Source: a virus
IMG/VR virus record: IMGVR_UViG_3300035138_000081
Length of the DNA stretch: 64,000 nt
Reading direction: 5' to 3' (one strand)
Shown here: in pieces, positions 54,625 through 62,976 of the stretch
How the letters are laid out: every line of letters starts with the position of its first letter
Position numbering within the stretch: position 1 is the first letter of the stretch
Notes under the pieces: generated by a model
Seen by the model: the letters and a program-made list of their open reading frames with translations, nothing else
Told to the model about the DNA's origin: nothing
Databases searched by the model: none
Made by a program: the position numbers and the translations under genes

Positions 54625-56385
54625 ATGCCATCTTTTGGAGATTTTGATGCAGTTTCAGTAACGTTTGTTGATGCAGATTATCCTGCAATAAGTGCAACAA
54701 ATTTAAACAATGTAGTAAACTTGCTTGAAGAATTAGATACAGAAGCTGCAAGAAGTCAAGATATAAAATTTAAAGATTACTTACCATACTTTGCAGCAAG
54801 AAATTGGAAACCAATTGTAAGATTAAATGACAGTGCTGATTGGACAGGTGCTGGAACAGTATCATTAAGCAATGATGATACATATTCACCATTTGATCAT
54901 ACATCATTAAGATTGACTGAAACAAATGATACTGCCGGAACAATGGAAGCTTATCAAACGGGCTTGTCAATTGATTTAACTAAATTTGCGGATGAAATTA
55001 CTGCTGCAAGTACCGCAATGAATGTAATGTGGATAGTATATGTTTCTGATTCAGCGTATTGTTCATCGATAACAATTAGATTAGGTACAGATTCATCAAA
55101 TTATTTTTCAGTAACTTATTCACCCGCAGGAGGATTATCTTCTGGATACAACACTTTCATGCCAGAAAAAACAACGTATTCTTCAACTGGAAGTCCAGAT
55201 TGGAGTACAATAAATTACATTTCACTAAGATGGGCATCTGCTTCAAATGCATCTGGTGAATACGTCAACTTTAACTTATTGCAAATGACAAGACCTAGAG
55301 ATGGTTCAACTTATATTCCAGGATGCTGGACATTGGATGATGGTGCTGGAAGTTGGACTAACGAAATTGCTTATAGTTATGGACATGGTTGGCCATCATT
55401 AGTATATAATTATCTTTTAGAAAAAATGGGTTCTCAAATTTCAGAACCAGTAGATTCTATTTGGGCACTGGAACTTACTCCTGATTTTGAAGTATATTCA
55501 TTCGTTGGAAAGTTTGAATGGGGTGTTGTTGAAGAAGATGAAGTTCCAGAAATCAATTGGATATCAAATGGTTCAAATTATATCAGTGTCTATGTCTCTA
55601 GCGGTACTTTGTACATTGATGAAAATGTTGGCGGTGCTGGAGTTGCAACAGTAGAATCTCAAGCATTAACAAGCCCTCTTTATAGAGGTCAGAAATGCTA
55701 TTTATATATTGAAAAAGTTGAAGAGTTATTTAGAGTTATATTTAAGTGTGGTAATCAAGCAACAATTATTCTAGAACACGAAACTACAATTACAACTGCT
55801 GGATATATCTGTATGGGTTCTGGAAATAGTTCCGTAACTTCAAATGCGGGTTTAGGTATTCTAACAGATTATTCAATTTCACATACTCAAGTAAATCAAT
55901 TAAGTGGTGCTATTGGTGATGAAGATATCCCAACAGTTGTTTGTAAAAAAGAAGATACTACAAGAAGTTCAACTACTACAGTAGCTCAAGATCCAGAACT
56001 TTCAATACACTTACAACCAAATACGACTTATGAATTAAGTGCAAAATTATTTGTTGAAGCTGAGAGTGTTACACCTGGCGTTAAAATAGATTGGGAAAAG
56101 AGTGACGGTAGTGGTGACCAAATTGGGTACAGACTTACACACGGTCCTGGACAGAATGCAACTGCAACTTATAGTGATGAAGCTAGAATGTGTGGTTATG
56201 CTTATTCATCGGATATCTCATATGGCGTTGATGGTTCAAGAGCTTCTGGTATCTATGAAAGTTTTGTTTATCGTACAAGGAGTATTGGGGCAGAATTTAC
56301 AATTAGATGGGCACAATCTTCTAGCAGTTCAGATTCTGTAACTTTAAAGAAGCAAAGTTATATTAAAGCACAAAAAGTAAATTAA
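54625..56385 (+). CDS. tail fibre / receptor-binding protein candidate
   Basis: 586 aa, the last large structural ORF before the lysis genes. Confidence 0.4.
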   Translation: MPSFGDFDAVSVTFVDADYPAISATNLNNVVNLLEELDTEAARSQDIKFKDYLPYFAARNWKPIVRLNDSADWTGAGTVSLSNDDTYSPFDHTSLRLTETNDTAGTMEAYQTGLSIDLTKFADEITAASTAMNVMWIVYVSDSAYCSSITIRLGTDSSNYFSVTYSPAGGLSSGYNTFMPEKTTYSSTGSPDWSTINYISLRWASASNASGEYVNFNLLQMTRPRDGSTYIPGCWTLDDGAGSWTNEIAYSYGHGWPSLVYNYLLEKMGSQISEPVDSIWALELTPDFEVYSFVGKFEWGVVEEDEVPEINWISNGSNYISVYVSSGTLYIDENVGGAGVATVESQALTSPLYRGQKCYLYIEKVEELFRVIFKCGNQATIILEHETTITTAGYICMGSGNSSVTSNAGLGILTDYSISHTQVNQLSGAIGDEDIPTVVCKKEDTTRSSTTTVAQDPELSIHLQPNTTYELSAKLFVEAESVTPGVKIDWEKSDGSGDQIGYRLTHGPGQNATATYSDEARMCGYAYSSDISYGVDGSRASGIYESFVYRTRSIGAEFTIRWAQSSSSSDSVTLKKQSYIKAQKVN

Positions 56386-56386
56386 T

Positions 56387-56415
56387 TTGATTTTTTATTA
56401 AAAATATTATATAAT
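56387..56415 (+). promoter_or_regulatory. sigma-A/sigma-70-like promoter
   Basis: TTGATT, 17 nt, TATAAT. Upstream of the lysis cassette. Confidence 0.6.
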
Positions 56416-56473
56416 ATAGATATAAAATACTAGGGATAGATTTACGAATGATATCACGAAGGGAGTTGACAAC

Positions 56474-56707
56474 ATGGATAAGGATGTTCAAGAAATATTA
56501 GCAAAACTCGAAACAAGGATATCAGCTCTAGAAAGCAAACATACGAGTTTAGAAAAAACTATTTTAAACACTATTGCAAAATATCAAAATCAAATTTGGA
56601 AGTTAGTTGATAAAATGTGGAAATGCATTTTGGCTTTGATAGGCATTATTGCAGCGTTTGCAGGCATTAAACTTTCAGGTATCACAAGTTTTCTATCCAA
56701 TTTTTAA
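56474..56707 (+). CDS. holin-like protein
   Basis: 77 aa, with a helical N-terminus and a C-terminal TM segment ILALIGIIAAFAGIKL. Immediately upstream of the endolysin. Confidence 0.4.
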   Translation: MDKDVQEILAKLETRISALESKHTSLEKTILNTIAKYQNQIWKLVDKMWKCILALIGIIAAFAGIKLSGITSFLSNF

Positions 56708-56743
56708 TGAATACTTTTTTCAAATTGAAAGGGATGAACAGTA

Positions 56744-57487
56744 ATGTCGTATTCAAAATATTTAGTTTGTTTAGATGGAGGTCACGGAGAGAATACAGGT
56801 GGTAAGAGAACACCTACTATGCCAGATGGTTCCGTGATCAAAGAAAATCAATTTAATGATGATGTCATAGCATTAATGAAAAAGCATTTAGAATACTTAG
56901 GTTTTACAGTATTAGATGTTGCACCTGAAACAAATGATACTTCATTATCAACAAGAATTTCAAGAGCAAATGCTAGGTATAAATCTTTTAGTTTAACAAC
57001 AGCAATCTATGTAAGTATTCACTATGATGCTTACACAGGCTCATTCGATAGTTGTAAAGGTGGTAATTCTATCTTTTACTATCCTGGATCTATTAAAGGA
57101 AAGAAACTTGCAACTGCAATTTATAAATATTTAGTCCAAGGCACTGAACAAGCATCTAGAGGTGTTAAAACTGCGAACTACTATGTACTAAGAAAAACTG
57201 CAATGCCAGCAGTACTTTCAGAAAATGGTTTTATGGATGTACTTGCAGAAGCAAAGTTAATGCTTAATGAAGACTTCCAAAAAGAAGTTAGTAATGAACA
57301 CGTAAAAGGAATTTGCAAGTACTTTGGATTAACCTATAAAGCATATTCCTCTAGCGGTACTACCTCAACAAGTAGTTCAAGTACATATAAAGTTCAAGCA
57401 GGTTCATTTGCAAGTAAAACTAATGCAAAAAACTTAGTAAGAGAACTTAAGAAAGATGGATATTCCGCTTTCTATTATAAAGACTAA
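56744..57487 (+). CDS. N-acetylmuramoyl-L-alanine amidase endolysin with SPOR domain
   Basis: Amidase_3 motifs LDGGHGENTGGKR, SIHYDA, SENGFMD. C-terminal SPOR-like YKVQAGSFASKTNAKNLVRELKKDGYSAFY. Confidence 0.85.
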   Translation: MSYSKYLVCLDGGHGENTGGKRTPTMPDGSVIKENQFNDDVIALMKKHLEYLGFTVLDVAPETNDTSLSTRISRANARYKSFSLTTAIYVSIHYDAYTGSFDSCKGGNSIFYYPGSIKGKKLATAIYKYLVQGTEQASRGVKTANYYVLRKTAMPAVLSENGFMDVLAEAKLMLNEDFQKEVSNEHVKGICKYFGLTYKAYSSSGTTSTSSSSTYKVQAGSFASKTNAKNLVRELKKDGYSAFYYKD

Positions 57488-57519
57488 TAAAAAAAAATAT
57501 AAAAAATTTAAAAAATCCC

Positions 57520-57548
57520 TTGAATTTTATATAAAAATATTATATAAT
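57520..57548 (+). promoter_or_regulatory. sigma-A/sigma-70-like promoter that leads into ORF-free DNA
   Basis: TTGAAT, 17 nt, TATAAT. Confidence 0.55.
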
Positions 57549-57676
57549 ATATTTATAAATTATTTAAAAAATATTTATATTCATTAAATACTAGCATTGC
57601 AAGATTGTATTGTTTTGAGAAAAAGCTTTTAAATTTCATAGTTGTCCTTTGATGAGGATTGTAATTTATTTTATAC

Positions 57677-58271
57677 GGAAAGCTGTTGAAACAGCTTTCC
57701 TTAAACCCTCAAGAGAGAAATTAAAAATGCTTAGAAAATAATAAATTGTTTCAAGAAAATTTTTTGTTCCAATTAGTATTAGGAAAGCTTATGTGGTAAA
57801 GCTTTCCTTAAAGCCTCAAAAGAGTACACTAAGTACTTCCCTAATAAAATAAAGTTGAAATAATTAACAAATCAAGGAAAGCTTCCCCTATATAGAGCTT
57901 TCCTTAAACCCTCAAATAAAAGATTTAATGTTTTAAATCTAAATAATCTATTTTTAATATTAAAGGTTTTAATTACCAAGCAACAAGCTATATTTGACAA
58001 TATTAACTTTAAAAAGAGTACAGTGTTTACCTAAAACTATAGTCCATAAAGTTTTAGAAAAGGAAAGCTATAAAGAGCATAGCTTTCCTTAAACCCTCGA
58101 ATTTATGTTTTTTCTTTTTATTTTTTTTTATTTTTATTAATTGGAAGTAAATGGTTTCATTATATTCTTTCATAAGTAATTTTGGTATTTAGGAGTTGTA
58201 CATTCAATTAAATCAATTAGAATTCTTCTGGCATAGGAAAGCTAACGGAATAGCTTTCCTTAAGCCCTCAA
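57677..58271 (+). repeat. five copies of GGAAAGCTN-loop-NAGCTTTCC + TTAAACCCTCAA
   Basis: Copies at 57677-57712, 57782-57819, 57876-57915, 58062-58100 and 58236-58271. The ninth stem pair changes in a compensatory way (G-C, T-A, A-T, A-T). Loops are 6-12 nt and unrelated to each other. Confidence 0.8.
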
Positions 58272-58343
58272 ATCAAAATTTACAATATTCAATTTTTACC
58301 ATAATCCAAAATTTAAACAAGATAAGTATTTTAACTTTTGACA

Positions 58344-58368
58344 AGTGCCTCCAAGGTACTTTTTTTTT
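58344..58368 (+). terminator. rho-independent terminator
   Basis: AGTGCCT, CCA loop, AGGTACT (one G-U pair), then T9. Confidence 0.6.
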
Positions 58369-58528
58369 GAATATGCGGTAAAATACCTAATTTTAAATAT
58401 TTATTTTATATATTTTTATAAAAATTAACGATTTAAATACGGAAATACCCCTTTTAAAAATTTGGCGAATATAATTACGTTGGCCAAATTAAATCATTTT
58501 ATTTTCGATTTTACTTAAAGCATGCAAA

Positions 58529-58560
58529 TACCGCTAGAGGAAAGAGATTCCTTAGCGGTA
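58529..58560. repeat. inverted pair of the TAGCGG word forming a 13-bp hairpin
   Basis: TACCGCTAGAGGAA, AGAGA, TTCCTTAGCGGTA. Confidence 0.8.
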
Positions 58561-58571
58561 AATGCTAAATT

Positions 58572-58940
58572 TTATTCTGCCTTAACTTTATTTATTCGAA
58601 CTTCAAAATCATCAAATGTTGAAAAGATTGAAGTATCGATTCCAAAAATCCAAAAGTTATCTGGTTCTAGAATTGTTTTACGTTCATTTATTTCTGTACC
58701 TATAATCTCTCCATTTCTATAAAACAAGATAGATATTCTTATGTATCTAAGATTTTCATCTGAAACATTTTCTACTGCAGTAACTAAGTATTCCTCTTCT
58801 TCATCATATTCAGTTGTACAAATTTCTGCCTTACCACTTTTATCTTCTTTTAAAAATACATCATTATTTAATTTGCTATATAAACTAGCTACGCTTATAA
58901 CTATTACCAAAAACCCAATTGTACTAAATGCTCTTTTCAT
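58572..58940 (-). CDS. membrane-anchored protein
   Basis: 122 aa with N-terminal TM segment TIGFLVIVISVASLY. Confidence 0.55.
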   Translation of the reverse strand: MKRAFSTIGFLVIVISVASLYSKLNNDVFLKEDKSGKAEICTTEYDEEEEYLVTAVENVSDENLRYIRISILFYRNGEIIGTEINERKTILEPDNFWIFGIDTSIFSTFDDFEVRINKVKAE

Positions 58941-58961
58941 AATTATCCTCCTTAAAATAAA

Positions 58962-58982
58962 AGAGAGTGTATTGCACTCTCT
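58962..58982 (-). terminator. rho-independent terminator
   Basis: On the minus strand: AGAGAGTG, 5-nt loop, CACTCTCT, then TTTATTTT. Confidence 0.7.
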
Positions 58983-58984
58983 TC

Positions 58985-59467
58985 TTAGTATTTTATAAAT
59001 TTTACGTCTTTTACATTAACATCCCAACCTAAGCCTTCAATAGTTCCTTGTATTGTAATTTCTTGACCATCTTCTAACTCTGCAACTATATCTTTTTGAG
59101 AATCTTCTAAACTTAAATGCACATTAGTTATTCCAAATTCATCACCTTCTAGACTTAAAGACATAGAACCTAGTACTACAGAAATATTGCAAACCTTTCC
59201 AGCTATTTCATATAGCTTATCTTTATAAAGCTTATCAGCTTTAACTTCATTTGCTGCATATTCTTCAACGAGTTGAGTTGCACTTATAGTTCCTTCTACT
59301 TTAACCTCTTTTTTCTTTTCTTCTGTTTTAGCAGTTGAAACTTCTTTGGTTGAAGAAGTTTCAGTTTCTGTGTCACTAAGTGCTAAATTACAAGCACCTA
59401 CACACATTGTCAATCCTAATAACATAAATAGCATAATTCCACCAACTACTAATAACGTTTTTTTCAT
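58985..59467 (-). CDS. lipoprotein with OB-fold (tRNA_anti-like) domain
   Basis: Signal peptide plus lipobox LTMCVGAC. The ATQLVEEYAANEVKADKLYKDKLYEIAGKV pattern matches tRNA_anti-like lipoproteins. Confidence 0.55.
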   Translation of the reverse strand: MKKTLLVVGGIMLFMLLGLTMCVGACNLALSDTETETSSTKEVSTAKTEEKKKEVKVEGTISATQLVEEYAANEVKADKLYKDKLYEIAGKVCNISVVLGSMSLSLEGDEFGITNVHLSLEDSQKDIVAELEDGQEITIQGTIEGLGWDVNVKDVKFIKY

Positions 59468-59607
59468 TTTTCATTCTCCTTTTCATCTTCTTCTATACTT
59501 TTTAAAACTTCTTCAGTTTCACTAATAATAGTAAACTGTTCTACAATGTTGTAAGGGAAATCAGTTTCTCCTAGCGGAAACCACTCCGCTGTTTGAAATA
59601 TCTTCAC
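59464..59607 (-). CDS. 47-aa acidic hypothetical protein (below the ORF-track cutoff)
   Basis: GTG start overlaps the upstream TAG, and the stop overlaps the downstream ATG (ATGA). Confidence 0.35.
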   Translation of the reverse strand: MKIFQTAEWFPLGETDFPYNIVEQFTIISETEEVLKSIEEDEKENEK

Positions 59608-59816
59608 TATTTGTCCCTCCAATATTTCTTAAAAAAATTATTTGCTTGATACATGTGTTGAATTGCAAGTATACTAATTAATATAACTAAAAGCAATATA
59701 TAAATTATAGTAACTATTCCAAGTGCAATAAAAGGTATTGCAGCGTGCCAAAACTTAAATGGCACACCACATATTCTCAATACTACTAGATTTTGTACAA
59801 GTTGCCAAAGCAACAT
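59607..59816 (-). CDS. small membrane protein
   Basis: Start set to ATG 59816, which follows an AGGTG RBS just after the upstream stop. Two hydrophobic helices. Confidence 0.45.
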   Translation of the reverse strand: MLLWQLVQNLVVLRICGVPFKFWHAAIPFIALGIVTIIYILLLVILISILAIQHMYQANNFFKKYWRDK

Positions 59817-59835
59817 GTATGCACCTAATAGTCTT

Positions 59836-60096
59836 TTATTCAGTTTCAATTCTAACGACTTTCCTTGATTTATAGAGTATTTCTTCATGTGTGTAAATTC
59901 CTTTCCTCTTATTTGCATTCCAACTGTTATAAAAACTACTTAATTTAACTTGAGGTGCTCTTTTACCGGTTGCAGCTTCATAATACGTTTCATCTTCTTT
60001 GCAATAGTAAGCATACGGTATTTGATTACTGTAATTCTTTTTCTTATAGTGCAATGGTTTACCTTGTCTCATTCTTGTTTTGTTACCTTCTGTCAT
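59836..60096 (-). CDS. hypothetical basic protein
   Basis: 86-aa ORF, co-directional. Confidence 0.5.
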   Translation of the reverse strand: MTEGNKTRMRQGKPLHYKKKNYSNQIPYAYYCKEDETYYEAATGKRAPQVKLSSFYNSWNANKRKGIYTHEEILYKSRKVVRIETE

Positions 60097-60098
60097 AG

Positions 60099-60395
60099 TT
60101 ATTTGCCTCCATTTAGTTTCTTCTTTTCTTCCAAAAATTGTTGAAAACCTTCAAGTTGAGGATTCTTATTATCGGGTATCCTTCTCAGATTTTGTGTTTG
60201 AATATTTCTTTTTCTATTACTACCATATACATAAGTTCTTTTTGGTGATTGTTGATAACTGTATTTTCGAAACAAATATTGTACTTCTCTTGCAAGGTTC
60301 CAAGAATCTATTTGTGTAAATGTATCTAACCCATTATTTTCAATTAATTCAACAAGTTCCTTTTCTACTTTGTTCCAATTAATTTTATCCGACAA
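60099..60395 (-). CDS. hypothetical protein
   Basis: 98-aa ORF, co-directional. Confidence 0.5.
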   Translation of the reverse strand: MSDKINWNKVEKELVELIENNGLDTFTQIDSWNLAREVQYLFRKYSYQQSPKRTYVYGSNRKRNIQTQNLRRIPDNKNPQLEGFQQFLEEKKKLNGGK

Positions 60396-60720
60396 TGTTA
60401 TTCCACCCTTCTACTGTTGTTGAATTTTGTATAATTTGCTGATAAGAAAACTTTTCACATACTTTATCATAGTTTGGTGCATACTGCTTTCCAAATTTCT
60501 GTTTATTTTCTGCTTTTATCCTTCTGGATTCCTCTAGCGGCAATTGCTTTATGAAATCTTCTTCTATTGAAGCTCTTTCTTGATAAAACATATATGCAAC
60601 TTTTTTAAGAGACATATTTAATTCTAGGCATGACATGCAAAATCTTTTTAAACTTTCTACTCTATTCTTTCTCCAATCCGGAATTGTAATAGAGTTTCCT
60701 TGTGAATTCATCAATATCAT
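60385..60720 (-). CDS. hypothetical protein, paralogue of 61926..62258
   Basis: ENKQKFGKQYAPNYDKVCEKFSYQQIIQ resembles RNKEKYGNKWGPTWKYMLTKY..IIQ in the 61926..62258 ORF. The start is uncertain. Confidence 0.45.
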   Translation of the reverse strand: MILMNSQGNSITIPDWRKNRVESLKRFCMSCLELNMSLKKVAYMFYQERASIEEDFIKQLPLEESRRIKAENKQKFGKQYAPNYDKVCEKFSYQQIIQNSTTVEGWNNIVG

Positions 60721-60997
60721 CCTTTCTGCTGTAAGTGTATTCTACTTGTTGTTGGAAGAAGTATCTAATGTCTTCATCTCTAAGGCCTGATAGTTCTGAC
60801 AAGGATTGTAAGCCTTGTTCAGATGCTCTATAGAGTTCTTCTTGTATACCAAATTTCTTACTAGCATCTTCAATCGTCCAACCCAACTTCTCGCGTTGCA
60901 ACTGACACCATTTACCGAATTGTAATAATCGTTGAGATTTTGTAGATTTGTTGCTTTTTGCAAGGCGAAATCCCACTCTGTATTCTCCATCTGGCAT
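60662..60997 (-). CDS. HTH (XRE-like) protein
   Basis: LGWTIEDASKKFGIQEELYRASEQG is helix-turn-helix-like. Confidence 0.45.
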   Translation of the reverse strand: MPDGEYRVGFRLAKSNKSTKSQRLLQFGKWCQLQREKLGWTIEDASKKFGIQEELYRASEQGLQSLSELSGLRDEDIRYFFQQQVEYTYSRKDDIDEFTRKLYYNSGLEKE

Positions 60998-61218
60998 GTT
61001 GGTTCACCATTTCCTTTCTTCATATTAGCTAGCTTTCTTTCAGTTGTCATTTCTTCTAAGTTGTATTTTTTTAAAAGTTCATAATATTCCTTACAAAAAT
61101 TTGTACATTGATCTTCTTTTAAATGAATATCTCCTTGTAATGTCATTGTACGAGTATGTTCTGCTTTATCTGTAAGTGTTAGCTCATTTAACTTTATATA
61201 GTCTAATAAATTAGTCAT
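60742..61218 (-). CDS. hypothetical protein; C-terminal 85 codons overlap the HTH gene
   Basis: 158-aa ORF. Only the first 73 or so codons are free of overlap. Confidence 0.35.
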   Translation of the reverse strand: MTNLLDYIKLNELTLTDKAEHTRTMTLQGDIHLKEDQCTNFCKEYYELLKKYNLEEMTTERKLANMKKGNGEPTCQMENTEWDFALQKATNLQNLNDYYNSVNGVSCNARSWVGRLKMLVRNLVYKKNSIEHLNKAYNPCQNYQALEMKTLDTSSNNK

Positions 61219-61231
61219 AGTATCCCCCTAA

Positions 61232-61669
61232 TTAATTTTCCATAGCTTCTCTAGCTTTACCATCAACATATTCATTCCAAGTATTACCATTGTGACCTTT
61301 AACATGTACCCATTCTATTTTTAAATTACTAGCAAGAGCAATTAACTCTTGCCACATTTCTTTATTCTTAACTGGTGTTCTATTAGTTGTTCTCCAACCA
61401 TTCTTGATCCATTTTATATACCATTTTTCTTTAAAACAATTTATAATATACGCTGAATCTGAATATAAAGTAAAGGCGGCTTCAGTTTTAAATCTGCTTA
61501 AAGCTTCTAACACTGCTTTTAATTCCATCTGATTATTTGTTGTTTCTAATTGATGACCCCAATTATGTTCTTCAAGTATTCCTTTATCATCAAGGATTGC
61601 ATAGGCCCATCCACCAGTACCACATCTACAACTTCCATCTGTATATACCCTCCAAGGTTTATTTGCCAT
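61232..61669 (-). CDS. rnhA: ribonuclease HI
   Basis: YTDGSC, NNQMELKAV, YSDSAY and VKGHNGNTWNEYVD catalytic DEDD/H pattern. Confidence 0.85.
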   Translation of the reverse strand: MANKPWRVYTDGSCRCGTGGWAYAILDDKGILEEHNWGHQLETTNNQMELKAVLEALSRFKTEAAFTLYSDSAYIINCFKEKWYIKWIKNGWRTTNRTPVKNKEMWQELIALASNLKIEWVHVKGHNGNTWNEYVDGKAREAMEN

Positions 61670-61933
61670 TTAATCATCTCCTCCAATTTTAATTCCTTCA
61701 GTTAACGAAGTTATATATTTATCAATTGCTGCAAATTCAGTTAAATTTATCATACGTGCAAGTTCACTAAATTGTTTAAAGCATCTAGCACAAATTTCTA
61801 AATGAATTGTTTTTTCTCTAGGAATATGCAAATGTATTATCGGGTGTTTACTATTGCATGTACAGCATACATCACACGTATCTTTATTACTTATTTTTAC
61901 TTGAATTTTTTCCCAATCTTCTATTCTAATCAA
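61670..61933 (-). CDS. Cys-rich hypothetical protein
   Basis: 87-aa ORF with CDVCCTC...CARC. Confidence 0.5.
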   Translation of the reverse strand: MIRIEDWEKIQVKISNKDTCDVCCTCNSKHPIIHLHIPREKTIHLEICARCFKQFSELARMINLTEFAAIDKYITSLTEGIKIGGDD

Positions 61934-62258
61934 CTCCTATATCTTTTTCAAATTCATCATAGTTTGAATTTACTTTTATTGATGCTTGAATTATTTTAGA
62001 AGCATCAAAATATTTAGTAAGCATATATTTCCAAGTTGGACCCCATTTGTTTCCATATTTTTCTTTATTTCTTTTAAAAATTTCATCTCTATACTCTTCT
62101 GGTCTTTGCAATTTATACTTTCTACCAATTGTAAGTCTACGTGCATTTGCATAAATTGCTATTTGAATTGCAGAATACTTTTGTTCTTGAAGAAAATCTA
62201 TTTCTTGAGAGATTTCATATACTTCCCTTTCATAATTTTTTCTTATTTCATCTTGCAT
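61926..62258 (-). CDS. hypothetical protein, paralogue of 60385..60720
   Basis: 110-aa ORF sharing a C-terminal motif with the 60385..60720 ORF. Confidence 0.5.
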   Translation of the reverse strand: MQDEIRKNYEREVYEISQEIDFLQEQKYSAIQIAIYANARRLTIGRKYKLQRPEEYRDEIFKRNKEKYGNKWGPTWKYMLTKYFDASKIIQASIKVNSNYDEFEKDIGVD

Positions 62259-62352
62259 ATCTTATCTCCTTTCAAATATTCAAATAAATACGAATATGCT
62301 ATATTATTTTCTTGAATAAATTTTTCTTGATTTTTACTAAGTACAAAATCTT

Positions 62353-62610
62353 TTATTTATCAAAGCATCTTTTAACTTCTTCATAAGATACAGGTGTTTG
62401 ATGATTAAAGCCTCTTCTTTCAAATTCAACTTCTTGAAGTAAATGCCTTACAAATACTGCTACCGGATCCCAATTTTTATACAATGCATGAGTTTTCCAT
62501 TTATCTAAATCTTTTTTCATTGCACCAAAGTATGCATGAATGGTACGATGTTCATCTAGCAAATATTTATCTTCTAAATCTCTCAAAGATGTTTCCCACC
62601 AAATTTTCAT
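62353..62610 (-). CDS. pyrimidine-dimer glycosylase (DenV)-like small protein
   Basis: LEDKYLLDEHRTIHAYFGAM resembles the T4 EndoV [20 protein letters not shown]. This is a weak call. Confidence 0.3.
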   Translation of the reverse strand: MKIWWETSLRDLEDKYLLDEHRTIHAYFGAMKKDLDKWKTHALYKNWDPVAVFVRHLLQEVEFERRGFNHQTPVSYEEVKRCFDK

Positions 62611-62663
62611 ATCAATCTCCTTTCAAATATTTTATAAAGTTTTATAATTTATTTATTAAATAT

Positions 62664-62692
62664 ATTATATAATAAAAACTATTAAAAATCAA
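62664..62692 (-). promoter_or_regulatory. sigma-A/sigma-70-like promoter
   Basis: Minus strand: TTGATT, 17 nt, TATAAT. Confidence 0.6.
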
Positions 62693-62858
62693 TGGTTTTT
62701 ATAAATTATTATATTAAATTAATATTAAAAAACGTACTTAAAAACGGTTTTTCCGCTAGGGGAACATACTTCCAAATTATTAAAATGCGTTTTAAATATT
62801 AATGGATTTAAACCGTTTTTTAAAACGCGTTTTATATATTAATATGAAACCAAAAAAT

Positions 62859-62885
62859 AAAATCGATTATATCCATTATATATAA
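62859..62885 (+). repeat. 27-nt box AAAATCGATTATATCCATTATATATAA
   Basis: Exact reverse complement of 18312-18338. Partial copies at 31373-31390 and 42380-42395. Confidence 0.8.
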
Positions 62886-62908
62886 ATATAAATTTTTTAT
62901 AATTTTTA

Positions 62909-62937
62909 TTGATTTTTAATAAGAAATATCATATAAT
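62909..62937 (+). promoter_or_regulatory. sigma-A/sigma-70-like promoter
   Basis: TTGATT, 17 nt, TATAAT. Confidence 0.6.
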
Positions 62938-62976
62938 ATAATTAATAAAAATTATTTAATTAAAAAGGAGATAACT

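Larger units (their letters stand above)
57555..58368 (+). ncRNA. candidate non-coding transcript carrying five hairpin+tail modules
   Basis: Runs from a promoter to a terminator with no credible ORF. The modules are listed in the repeat feature below. Confidence 0.4.

Noticed and set aside
57677-58271. The five hairpin repeats read as a CRISPR array
   Set aside because: The repeat copies are not identical: the loops differ completely. Spacer lengths are irregular (56-146 nt) and no cas genes are in the window. I kept it as a structured-RNA candidate instead.
58196-58722. ORFs 58196..58381 (+), 58522..58722 (+) and 58741..58998 (+)
   Set aside because: The first spans hairpin module 5 of the non-coding unit. 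The other two are antisense to the membrane-protein gene 58572..58940.
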